Positions 27,301 through 40,400 of a stretch of DNA of 64,000 nucleotides are shown piece after piece. The position numbers were made by a program, and so were the translations under genes. Origin of the DNA: Bugula neritina (Eukaryota; Animalia; Bryozoa). The notes beneath the pieces were generated by a model. That model worked only from the letters and a program-made list of their open reading frames with translations, had not been told where the DNA came from and ran no database searches. Every line of letters starts with the position of its first letter. The first letter of the stretch is position 1. The DNA is taken from contig OZ037769.1 in the NCBI GenBank assembly GCA_964035545.1, positions 5,871,929 through 5,935,928 of the forward strand, given 5' to 3'.

Positions 27301-27991
27301 CATTATCGCTTATCAATTACATTGGTTCATAATATGATTATTTTAATTTTGCTTTGTGTGTTTTTTCATGTTGTAAATTTAAGTTCGTATGGTTATTTAA
27401 TGAACTAGAGAACTAGCCAAATGTTATGTACCGATTGCAATAATTTACTATAAACTCAGTGAAATTTAAAACCTAATTGATATTACTATGACATTGATTG
27501 TACAGAGGTAGCTAAAATATACATTAAATTACCAATAATTTTAACTCGCCAATACACTATGAGTAGAACAGTCAAATGCAATGATAGAAAATTAATTAGT
27601 CATAGCAGCCCGTTGCTTGAGGAACATTGAGCTACAGGTCTAAAATGATTTAGTTTTGTGATCCCTTATATAACAAAATAATTTTTTTTAAACTGGTTTA
27701 ATACTTTTATTATAAACACGCTTATCAAAGTAACATGTTTTTGATGTATATTCTATTAAAAAAGCAATCACATCAGGTTTTCAATTTGTATGTTGTACAA
27801 AGTTTATTATGGTGACAAGTTACTAAATTATATGGTTCAGCTTTGTAAAGTAAAGCTGATAAAATAAATACAATTATGTGATTGTTTTACTGCTATATAT
27901 TAAATTTAAATGAGTTGAATAATATCCTAGTGCATTGAATTAGATATTTTTTTTAGCTTTGGTACACCTGTTTGTTATAGGCTAACATTCC

Positions 27992-28580
27992 ACCAATAGA
28001 AGAATGGTGCAAGTAGAAGAAATTTCAGGTGCAGAAAGCTAAGGAGCAGTCAGAATGCTGCCAGAGTTGTGAAGAGGCACTTGAAAAAGCTGAATTTCAA
28101 TAATGACATGAAATTCGTAACAGATCACCCTGGTGTAATTGAACTGACATGGCCAGCAGAGTTCTCGAAGTCACATACAACAGCTATTTACATCATCATG
28201 GTTAGCTTAAATGTAATTCCTATATCAGTCTCTAATATATAGTTTGATATCTGCTGTAAATTCGCTTAAGGAGCATACACATAACCAAAACTGAGTTACA
28301 CTATAGTATTTGTTCTTGAATATATTTACCAAGATAAGTAGATTTGCTAATTCATTAACAGTAAAATTATAATGATACAACAATTTTTCTTTTAGATGAT
28401 TCAATCAATAACACAAGACACTACAACATGGTTTTGCAGTTATAGAGTATTAATTTTCTGGCTCTTTCCAAATCTTCATAGAAGGCAAAGAAAACCACCG
28501 TCAGCTTGCCTTTATAACTGAGTGCACGCGTCTTCCACCTACAGATGATGGTTAACAATTTGCTGGTGTGGAACTTTCTA
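27992..28580 (+). pseudogene. P2X7 C-terminal 'ballast' domain-like (KolX) pseudogene
   Basis: Exon ~27992-28200 reads PIEEWCK*KKFQVQKAKEQSECCQSCEE..(frameshift)..FVTDHPG..(frameshift)..RVLEVTYNSYLHHH. After a GT-AG intron, exon ~28397-28580 reads WFCSYRVLIFWLFPNLHRRQRKPPSACLYN*V. This fits the family pattern WCxCxxC..ECxCC..CITxHPG..VL..AYR..W..L..R..PSC, with stops and frameshifts. Confidence 0.8.
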
Positions 28581-29599
28581 ATTTTGTTTACAATGAAGAT
28601 AGATTATAGGACATTATTCTTTATGTAAAGATTGTCAAGTTTTGTTATAATTAAGAACAGTTTTAGTTTCAATAAATCAGTTCAACATTATGGACATCAT
28701 TGCACAAACATTTTAATCTTTACTATCTACAAAGGTATCTGATGGACTACTTAAAAATACAAAACTATGCTCCAGATACACAATGCACTGACCAGCAAAG
28801 TTAAAATGAGTTGGAGATGTAAAACATAATATCTTGTTCAAGGCTTTTCCCTGCTGTTGGAACCTTCTACTTCAGAACACTGAATTGAACAAACATATGT
28901 AGATATATGAAACTTTGCAAAAAATAATAATGTGAAATTAGTTGCTAAGTATCACATTGCTAATAAATACAGCATTGTGTAATGTTTTATTTAATTTTTT
29001 TTTGAGCCATTGGATCTATAGGCCCGCATAGTATTTACTATATTATAACTAATAAATTGCAGACACATTATGTCAGACCAGTTTCCATTTAAATAGAATA
29101 GTGTAGGCTATCAAATTTGTAGAAGTAAAAAACCGCATTCATATTTAGTAAAATACTTGCCTTTTTTTTCATGATGCCTCTACTGCTAAAAAGAGAAGTT
29201 TTTATCAATACAGCTCCATCAATCTGTATCCTGATGAAGCTAGTAGTTTAGGAACATTTGTGGGGGGGGGGGAGTGTAGGCTGAGCTGCAGTATAGGAAA
29301 AACCCCAACATATGTAATCTATTCAGCACATTATATGTATATTTATTCAAAAAAGGATTTAGAAAATGCTTTATGAAGAGATGAACAAAGTAAAAATTAA
29401 TGCTGGTGAAAGTAATATTATTACACCCATTAGAATTACTAGCAGCTATAGCATTAACATTATGTATTTTCATAAAAATGTGTCTAATTTATGCTACAAA
29501 GTTATTACTGCCAAAGGTTACAAAATTTACCAGTCACATTCATGCAGCTGGCGGAGAATAACTAACTTTCACTTGCAATAAATATTATATAATATATTG

Positions 29600-30250
29600 A
29601 TAATTATTGGAATCATAATTATATTTATTGTTATGATCATTATGATTATAATTATTTAATATTATCTTTATGTTTGTATTTAAAGTTGTTCCTTAAATTA
29701 AAAGTTGTTTAAGTTTTATAAATTTATTATAATTATATTTCTGTATAAGTATTAGTATAATTAAATTATTATAATTTATATTTTATTATTTATATTTATT
29801 TCACTTTTTATTTCAAGACCAGCAGTTCAAATTGAAATTAATACTTGTGTCGTTTGCTTTATATTATAACTTACAAGTATAACTATTAACATAATAATAT
29901 TACATTTGCTATTAGTATTACTATGAATATAAATATTTATATTAATATAGCTATCGGTATAACTTATAGTTATAGTTATACTTATAGTTATAACTAATAT
30001 AACTATAAGTATAAGTATTAGTTTCGAAACTGATCCTGCTCCGTAACATTAACATACTGATACTGTCATATGATTATCATTATGACTAATAATAGTATTA
30101 ATAAATATAACCATTGAATATTATTAATAATAGTTCACCAATAGGCGATAGTCATAGACTTAGAGTGAGAGTCAATGTCATAGAAATAGAGTTAGACTAG
30201 TGACACTCATACTGATACTGATACTCATACTGTGATTCACTTTCAGTTAC
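29600..30250. repeat. 6-bp-phased (ANT-NNN) tract inside the right part of the transposon
   Basis: ACTTATAGTTATAGTTATACTTAT and ACTCATACTGATACTGATACTCAT runs. Confidence 0.75.
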
Positions 30251-31425
30251 AAATTTCAAAACTTGGTTTTACGTAGACAACTACTAACCTATAATTCATC
30301 ACAAAACGGTTGAAAATCATCATTTACTGCATATTTAAGAGTAATTTTCTGGTAGTGTGGTCGACATGATAATTGAAATTAAAATAGGGAAAATAATTAT
30401 TTTGTGATTTACAGCAAGTTACAAACTAGCGAAATGAAATAGTCCATTTGAAAACAGTTAAATTAGTTACCTTTCTTGATGTTGCGTAGCTAACGTTAGT
30501 TATTAGTAGCCGCCCGAAGAGTAACATTCATGTGATTTGAGCTACGAATAACGAGAATCTGCGACAAACCCGCTTCTTAATAACTTTACGCGATATAAAC
30601 TCACGCTACAATTGGGCTATTTTGCCATCCCCACGTCACGGAGGGCACGCTCGCGGGCAAGTCTGGGCAAGTCTAAGACACCTAATATGACCACTTTTAC
30701 TTACATTTTTGTAGTGTTTTCGTATAAGAAATTGGGTAAAATGCTGATAAAACAGTTGAAAAGCATGCAAACTTTTGCTCAAATGTAATAAATAACCTGG
30801 AAGCTTACCGCCTTTAACGATACTCGAATTAATTGCATTTTCTACACTACCGGATCGTTAGAGATCATTTTGGAAGTTGTCTTCTTCAGTATAAGATTGG
30901 GTTTAGTTGCTTTTCTGGCTTTACCATCTTCACATGAGGTTTTAATAATTTCCAAATAATCAACTTATTTTAATCTGCTGAAGTATTAGCGCATCATTTT
31001 GATAACCATGACACAATTAACAAAGCATTTTACCAAGTTGGTTAGCTGGTAGTCACAACAATATAAAAGCTATTCTTCACTAATATAAATGTGCTATAGG
31101 CTTATGAATTTCCATTAATGGGCATAAAAAATTGATAAACATTTTTTATTATGACCAATAACAAATATATTACACCAATCAGGCAGTTTCACGCAACATA
31201 ATTATTCCAGCATTTGAAAATAGATAAAGCACAATATTATTCCAATGTCAACTAATCGGTGTTTGCAGGTTACTAAAACACAGAGAAAACCCCACCAACA
31301 AATGTATATTTTATAATGAAACAACAGAAATTTGCACTGAAAACACTAGTCAGCCTTATCGGTGATGAGCAAGGAACGAGAATAATTCGACGAAGAATCT
31401 CCAAGAAGTAGCAGCTGAAGAGGCA

Positions 31426-34400
31426 TTACTTTGTTCTCTAAAAATATCAAATAACAAAAACTTAAATAAAGTCAAATTGATTGATACTTTCAGGAAGTTA
31501 AGAAACATGTGCCTTAAATAATATCCAATTTGACCAAAATCTGACTATGCAATCTGTATTGACCTCTTACTGTTGATTCTAACAAAACTAATTATGCGTT
31601 TGTCGATAATTTTAGCAAAAAAAAAAACAAACAAGGACACCAATGCAGTAAACAGTAATCTTGTCGCAGTGATAAACATGACCAGTTCCAGATCAATTGG
31701 TAAACTCTATTGAACCTCCATATAATTTATTAAAAGACTCTAAATGGACAGATCTAAAATCTGAGAGTCAAATATAGAGAGTATTTAGATATCAAAACAA
31801 ATTGTCATTTAAAAAGAGGAGAGCAGTTGCAGTAAGTGAACCGCAATACTAAATGTCAGAGAGAGCACAACTACTGTTTGCTACAGACAGAAATAACTGA
31901 CCTTCCTTAGAGGTCGAGACTCATCAGGAGTTGCATCCATCACACTACGCCTCTTCTTCACAGCACTACAAGTCATCAATAAGAAACACAACTACATTTA
32001 AGTCATTGTCTCAGCTTTGGTTAAAGAATTTTCTTTACACACTTAATTTATGCAGTAATAAAATATTCATATACATATTAGCTATCATCTATAGACTGTT
32101 CAAGGGTTGTATGTTCGAACAACTTTGCTTTATAATAAACTTTGTGCTCATGTTGATTGCATTTTCGTTCTAGCCCTAGAGTCCAAGGCATTATACAACT
32201 AATAACAATTGTAAATGACTTTCATTGCATATTATTTTTGGAGGCTGTAACACACAGTCTAATCACTGAGCTGCCTAGAAGGGTTAAAGTTAATACATAA
32301 TATATATATATATATATATATATATTTATTATATTACACTGTAAAGGAGACTCACCTGGCTGAACTTCTAGTTCGCAGAGAGTAGGTGCTGGCATTGGTA
32401 GAAACAGAGCTGGCAGAGTCATGTCTGGTGCGACGAGTGGGACGGGCCGCTAGCATCTCCCCCGACTTACTTTCAGGTTTCAGAGTAGACTTTGAGGAAG
32501 TAGCGCTTTGTTCCTTCTGCATTGATATGGATAACACAACTTTATAGTAGGCCTATATACAGCGTATCAGCAATGTGTTCTTGAAAGTTGTAACGCAATA
32601 TTCAATATTATGCATTGCATGATAATGAATATTGCGTTACAACTTCCAAAAACATGCAAAAAACAATCAAGCATGGTAGTATGGATGTAAATGAAAATGG
32701 TACCTATACTAATTAGAAATAACCACCTGGAAATCTTATATTAGTATGGATAGTCAAACATGGGTGATACCGGTAACAGTTCACTTTATACACAAGTAAG
32801 TTCTTTCTAATGATGCAACCTGATTGTACAAGTTGAACTTTACAGTATTTCATGACAACTGCCTGAAAACCAACTTTAACTTTTCATTTATAAACTTTTC
32901 AAACAAATTCAGCGTAATTTTTTTCCTATCTATGTTTGATGTGAAGAGACGGAATAATAATTGACCTTGTTCTCGTCACTCTCAATTACTTCAGATGGCC
33001 TTTGGCGCAACTTCCTCCTAGTGGCTACCCAGGATTCTACTCTAGCGCCTGTTTCACTCTACAGAGACAGCCGTACTAGTATTGAATGTTATAGTAAGAA
33101 GAGATTAAGAGCAACGCTGTGCAGTCTATAACGCTTGGCATACAATGCATATATTTGAATAGATCATTGTCACCTAAGAAACTCTAGCAATGTTTATATT
33201 CTTCTCTCATCTTAAGAGCTAATAAAAAGCGAAACCACAAGATGAAGGAGTGAAATGAATCATTCAAAAATATACGTTTTAAATACTAAAGATGTGCCAA
33301 AAATTTATTAGGTGATATACACACCTGTCTTAGCCATTTAATATATAAATCACTATTAGATAAAGAGAGTGAGGTTTCGCAAGTTTCATGAGGCTATCAT
33401 GAGATTTCAATGAAACTAAGACAGCAAGAGAGAAACGACTCTTTTAAAAATCCAAACTGCATATAATTAAACATAACTGAATATGACAAGCTATGTAGTT
33501 TTAACAATGAGCTATGTTCTAAAAGATAGTTTATACCTCTGATACGTCAGATAATCCTTCCAATTTACTAGCTTGCAGTTGAGCAGCCTTTTTCTTGCCA
33601 GACTTGCTCAATTTCTCATCATCCTCACTACTACTCTCATCTGAGCTGATCTGAAGGGTAGAAATATTTCCATCATCACACTATTCGCACCAACTTACAC
33701 TTTAGATGAGAATATCAAGAATGTACCCATACTGATCATTTAAAAGTTGACTTACAATACGTGGAGTATCCCTGCGCCATCCAGTTGCAACTGCAAGTTT
33801 AGGAGATATGAAGCTGGAGCTGCCATCTGAACTTTCCGACTCCTTAGTTTTACGCACACTTCTCCCTTTCTGCATTTCTTCCCTGCCAGCTTCAGCCTAG
33901 TAATTCACATAGTTTACTCAGCCGTGAACATAAATTAAAAAACCCAAAGTATTGATGCCAAATAAGAAATGCTAGATTACCTTAGACTTAGTCCTAACGC
34001 CAGTAAACTGTTTACTTCTACGAGTTACTCTAGGAGCAGCGACTTTTTCTGTTCTGTGGGCGGAGCCAGCCTCACTGTCAGACTTCAAAGGAGACTTGGA
34101 CTTTTCTGGAGACTCAGCTGGCTTTAGAGTTGCAGACGACCGACTGCCAACGAATGAGTCATCACTGTCAGCACAAACAAACGTGGCATCACCTCGAGAA
34201 GATTTCTTTTTAGCCGTAGAAGTCCTTGACCCAAGAAGAGGATTCGTGCTGCGCCTCGCTGACCTTTTAATTGGCGTAGCGGCAGAAGCCTTGGTTCCTC
34301 GACTTCTAGTAACTCGGTCACTCACAACCGACCCTTCACAGTCAGAGGGCAGCGTTTCAAGACTCACAGAAGGTAACTTCACAAAGGTAGAGTCTGCTAC

Positions 34401-37400
34401 TTTGGACTGGGGTTTGGCTGGTGTCTTCACCCGTCTGTCAGTTTTAGCGTTCGAGCCTTTACCACGTCTGCTTCTAGAGGTACGACTTACAGTCAAAGAC
34501 TCGTCGCTTTCTGGATCTAAGGATTCTGTGTGTTCATCAATCTCCGTCACAGATTTCACAAGAGATTTAGCAGCAGTCCTTCTACTAGATCTCCGCGCTG
34601 ATGAATAGTGTATTGGCGTATATTCCTCGCTAAGTGATGGTGGACCAGAGACATTCTCAGAGGATTGCGTATCTGCGTGGCTGGAACTAAGCGATGCTTT
34701 CTCTACTTTCTTCACAGTGGATACCGAGAGAGACGGTGTGAAGGTGTCGTCCGAGGAGAGCTCTTTTTCTGGTGATGGAATCATAGTTTCACAGCCAAGT
34801 TCGGTGGCATCTTCTTGCTTCTCTTCGTCTGCTTCAACATCCGAAGCTGCCATCTTGGAAGAAACATTCATCTGCAATGACAACCATCTATATATAGTGT
34901 TAGATAAACAGACTCAGTTCAGTAAAACCACATACTTGGAACTTTTCTCATAAAACAACTTTCAAAGCAATCTGGATAGTGTTAATAACAACTTAAATTT
35001 TGATCTAAATTAAAAAAACATCTGACATTGAAAAAAGCACTAACTTTGCTATAGCAAGTTTAGCCTTTAAGCAACACCTGTGTTACCTAAGCAACAGACA
35101 TATTTGAAAAGAATTCAGAGAAATGTTTTGAAACCCGTTAGAAACTGCTCATCAAAACCTGAGCAATTTAACTTTTGGCATTACTTGAATAATTTTAATA
35201 TTTACAATCATGTTTTGCCTAAGCATGTTTGCCCTAAACAGAATGCCACCACCAATACATTTTTTAGCAAAACTTCAACAGAATTTTCAATGTGACTTGA
35301 TAACTAAAGATTCAAATTTCGGATTACTAACTTCATGCGCTAGATTAGCATATATCTACAACTATGACTACTAATGCTACTGTCACAATAACTACTACCA
35401 TTCAACACCATTACCACTATGGTAACATATATAATACTATATATTACTTATTTAATACTAGAAATACTTGTTCAATAAATATGAATTGTTTACAATAATA
35501 TATCAAATTATCTTGTGACTATGAATTCACTTTCGGCTTTAGGGCAATATCCAGTAAATTAAATATCTTCCTTAGAAACATTCAAATAATCAGAATAGAC
35601 TGCTAATTTAAACGACAGTTATTATTCAACCAAGAGTTTTGTCAATAAGTTCATCTAATTCAACTGTTTGCACTTATTAGTGTTTTAGACTAAATAAAAC
35701 AAACATGCTTAAATTTAAAATTCATCATTCATTTCACCGATTCCAACTATGGGGCACCCACCGAAGTTCGGATAAGAGAACTTCTGCCCACGTGCAACAC
35801 TTTAGTTCTTCGCTTTGATTGCCTGAGAGAGGCACTGTAACTTTGAGCTGTATTTGTAGGTGTGTGGATCAGATCTGTGAAAGAATTTCAACAACTACTG
35901 CTTAAACACTGAAGATTGACATATACATTGACGAGGTCGTGTAAGGTGATGGCTGGGTGTTTCTCATGCTTGAAAAGATTAATAAGAAAGTCAAAAAAGA
36001 TATCCTTCACCCTGATGATTACATTCTGCTAAGTAGCAGTAACACTGATGTAGAAAATGCACAAATTGTTTATAGAGTTTAAAATTCAAATAATGACTAT
36101 TTAAGTAGCAAGAGAACAGTTATAAAGTCAGTAAGTTTGTGTATTGATAGTGATCTCTCAACAGCTCATGTAACTATAAACTAAGTTCTATAAAAACTAG
36201 TATGACTAGTATTACAAAAATACATGAGTTATATAATGTCTTAACATGTCTGAAAGAACAGTACTGCCACTAACACTGCCAGCGTACTTTTATAATAAAG
36301 ACACTTGTATGATACATACACTATAAGAATACAACTTGAATTTTGAAATAAATCGACAGCAAATACTAAAGCAACAGGAAATGAATGAAGCTAACCTTCA
36401 ACTGCAGGTGTAGACTGACTTCTGCCATCAGATTTTGGCGTTTTGACACTACCGGCAGGTGCTTGAAATTCAGTTGCAGGTGTTTGAGTCATGATGGTAG
36501 TATCAGTGACAGGTGATGGCTGCTCTAATTTTGAAGTTCCAGGTGTTTTCACACTATCAACAAATTAATTATAATGACAGTTTGCTCAACACAAATCTGT
36601 TCAAGTCAGTAAAGAACTTTCTTGTAAAAATAGCCAATTATTGAACAAGAATAACGATGAGCTTATCAGCATGGGACAAACCTTGGAGCGAAAGGGGAAC
36701 GCAATGTTTTCTCGTCATCTTCCACGTCAACCTCCATGGGCTCCTGCCAAAACATTTACGTTTACAACATCTTGCAGAAAACAATAGACCGAAACAATTC
36801 CCAAAAGCTATTTCTGAAGAAGATGCAAGTTGCTAGTCAACAAAATTACATAAAACTAAAAACTACGTTCAACTTACAGGAATCTGAGTTTCATGTACAT
36901 CTTCCACAGTATCTCTATCCGTTTCACTTTTATCGCCAGCTTCTATAGAAAATAGAAATACACTAGTTAGTAGAAAATGTAATAGTCAGCTTAACCTGTG
37001 AATAAACATTAGCCCTTAGCAATATTGGCGAGCATGGTAAATGTAAAAAATAGAACATAAAGTTTTAATAATACAAATGAGAAGGAACTATTAAATTGGC
37101 ATTTCAACAACAAAATGGCGAAAGCTTGCAATTTTCACCCAAACTAGACGTTTGCATTCTTTCTGCTATGACCACAAGAACAAGGAGCAAGAATATAACG
37201 TGTGTTCAATGAATCAGTCAAGTCAAAATGAAAATACAGAAACCAAGGCAGGGTTTAGCTCAATTACATACAATAAAAATCCTCATTAACAATACTACAT
37301 AAGATCATGAAACGATATTAAAAGACACAACGCCATGACAGAAGTACACATGGAACTATCTCTTTCTCCCCAGTCCATAGCAAATACAAAGCTTTATGTA

Positions 37401-40400
37401 ACAGTGTGTTGTAAGCTGAGTTTTTATTGGCCGGCTGTTGCAAGCAATTCATCTTTTATACCAGTATCTCGCCCTGGTGAATCTCAACACCACTGATAGG
37501 TCAGCAGGAGAACGACAAACAGGAAACACTAGCCTTAGCTTTTCGTACAGTGAGTTAGGGGAGCTTCATTGGTGCCGAGCAAAAATATTAGGAACTATAC
37601 TAGTACTAGTGGTGCAGCTTTCCTGGTTAAACTCAATACACAAAAAATAAAGTGTGTAACTTGGCATCTACACAAAGTGTGTATATATAACATGCAGGTA
37701 GATTTATAGAATATATTAGCTTTATAACTGATCACTTGATGTTGTGAAAACACATTTGAAATAGAGACTTTAGGTGTACAAGAAACACACCTGTTAATTC
37801 AGTTGCAGTGACAGCTACTTCAGGAGAAGATGGAGAATCTGGTTGCTTAGCAACTGGAGAAGCAGTTGGTTGCTTAGCAACTGGAGAATCTGGTTGCTTA
37901 GCAACTGGAGAAGCAGTTGGTTGCTTAGCAACTGGAGACTTTGTGGAAGAAGCTTTAGAGTCATCCAATGCTGAACTCATTTCTAATTCTATTTCTGATT
38001 CTGCATCATCCAAAACAATAACATCAGGTTTGCTACCTTCTAATTCCAATAACTCTGATGTATTCTCTTTGCTTGGAGAATTTTTATTTTCTTCTTCTGT
38101 ATGGCTTGGATCAAGAGGTTCAGCTTTCACAAATGAGTGAGAGGAATCTAAAAGACAATTTTCCAACACATTTTTCGAGAAAAAAGATTACAATACTGTT
38201 GATTGCCGTAAACAATTCACTTGTTGACTAAAATATGGTCAGGTTAGAGATCCTTGAAAATGGAGCTTTCTAGTGCAACATAAGGTTAGTGAATACTAAA
38301 TGACCAGACATAAATCGAGGAACATACCCAATACAGAGGATCCATCTGGATCCAGTCCGGTTCCCCACAGAGTTGTTTCGAGGTCTTCTTGACCAGAGTG
38401 AAGAGATGTGTCTGAATTTCCACCAGCCGTTTTCTCTTCCTCATTGTTCATATTATCCAGATCTTCAGCTTCCATTTCTTCATTATCTGATGGCTCTTGA
38501 TCGCATGGGTCTTCCTGTTCACCACTCTCAGCCTCTCCATCTTGAGCATCTTCTTTGTCACTGTCAGCATCATCTTTATGCATGTTAGCACTCTCTTTAT
38601 CACTGTTAGCGTCTTCTTTATCACTGCTAGCACCAGCTTTATCATTGTCTACATCATCTTTACCATTGTCTGCATCATCTTTATCCATTTCAACATAATC
38701 TTTATCCATGTCTGCACTCTCTTCATCACTGCTAGCACCAGCTTTATCATTGTCTACATCATCTTTACCATTGTCTGCATCATCTTTATCCATTTCAACA
38801 TAATCTTTATCCATGTCTGCACTCTCTTCATCACTGTTAGCACCAGCTATATCACTGTTATCACCCTCTTTATCCATGTCTGAATCGTCTTTATCACTGT
38901 CAGCCATTTCTTCATCCTCCTGGGCTTCTTCCCTGTCACTCTGAGCCTCATCTTCATTCTCAATTGCATCCTGGGAACTTTGAGAGGCTGTGCTTGGCGG
39001 ATCTTGCTCATTACTCTCAGCATTTCTGTTACCGCTTTGATCTTGCTCTCCGTCATTTCTCTCTGGATCACCCTCCTCCATCTCTACCTGCACAACAGTT
39101 TCTTCGGTGTCCATCTCTGCCGAATCACCGGCCGAGCAATCACTAGTACTACGTTGCACCACAACTGGTGCTTGCCTTGAGCCTGTGCTTTCTTGCTTTT
39201 CATTGGTTGAACCACTTTTACCTTTATTCAAGCCACTTGTAGTGGGGCCATCTGCAAAAATTTTTGTGCACTTTTGTATTTGAAGTTCATTTCATTTTCT
39301 AAATAATTTTTCATTTAATTACCCAAAGTTTTTTTAAATACAAAAAATAATTGTCAGGTAAATTTCTAAAAATAATTAAAATGAATTGAAACCCACAAAA
39401 AACAACTTTTATAGACCAAAAAACCTAATCCTTTTTTTTAAATTTTACCACGGAATTACAAAACCCAGGACTAGAAGATTTGCATGTCCAAGTTTACCTG
39501 AGTTGTTGTATGTGTTGGCAGGATTCTCAGGTTGATCTTGTGAAATTGGACCATAGTCCAGAAAACTAATGTGTTCAAGCATGCTATTGCTTTCCTCTAC
39601 AATTAGAAATCTGCGGTATCAAAGAATGATGTTGATTGCATGTCAATCACGTGTATGCATGCAAGCCGTGGCTTTTACAAGATAGTAAAATTTGGTATAA
39701 CAAAGACAAATTTATAGGCCTACCTATATTGCAAAGCTTGAGCAATTTCAAAACCATAGAGCACAAAAAACAATAAAATTACTCTGTGTGTGACTAATAT
39801 ATGAAATGCTGACCAGAATTTAGCATATTTTTCACCACAAGAACTTCCAATTCTCTACATTTAGTATATTATACACATAAAACTTATATCAATTACTACT
39901 TTGTTACTATCTTTGTAAGTAGTCATCTCCAAGGTTAAACCATACGAAAGTCACAACCCTGTTTGCTTAGATTTGTTTCTTAACCAGATAAGATGTGTTA
40001 AAAGCTTTGCTTCTCTTGTTTATATAGCTATAGAAATGCTGTCATTTTTTGAAAATAGATATAAATAATGACCATTGTTGGTAATGTTTAGTACTAAACA
40101 ACATACCAATAGTTAACATGCCTTTTCTATTGTCCAAACATTCAGACGCACCAGTTTCTTTGGAGGTCGAAGTAGCTGATGATTTATTCTTAGGTGTGAT
40201 CGCATCATTCTACAACACAAGATGTCTTAAAAATCTGGATTTGCTTTTTAATAAAAGAAGTTCAAATGATCCGTAAATATTTGCTCTATGTGATGAATTA
40301 CACTAAAAAAGCTCATGTGTTAAGGTGGACCAACAGATACTACGGAACAGGAAACAAGATGGGTCACCTGATACCAACGTGGATCAACGATTGAAGATGT

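Larger units (their letters stand above)
26007..30813. mobile_element. Decayed, internally deleted Kolobok-type DNA transposon
   Basis: TTAA at 26003-26006 and 30814-30817. 24-bp TIRs ACATCGTAGGCATCCAGGTTATTT versus reverse-complemented right end AGGCGGTAAGCTTCCAGGTTATTT (18/24 identical). Contains a P2X7-C-terminal-like (KolX) pseudogene. CpG-richer promoter-like segments with TGACGT motifs lie inside both ends. Confidence 0.8.

Noticed and set aside
34096-39180. Several + strand ORFs (34096, 34717, 37808, 38373, 38497, 38964, 38980)
   Set aside because: Antisense shadows of long low-complexity exons of the minus-strand gene.
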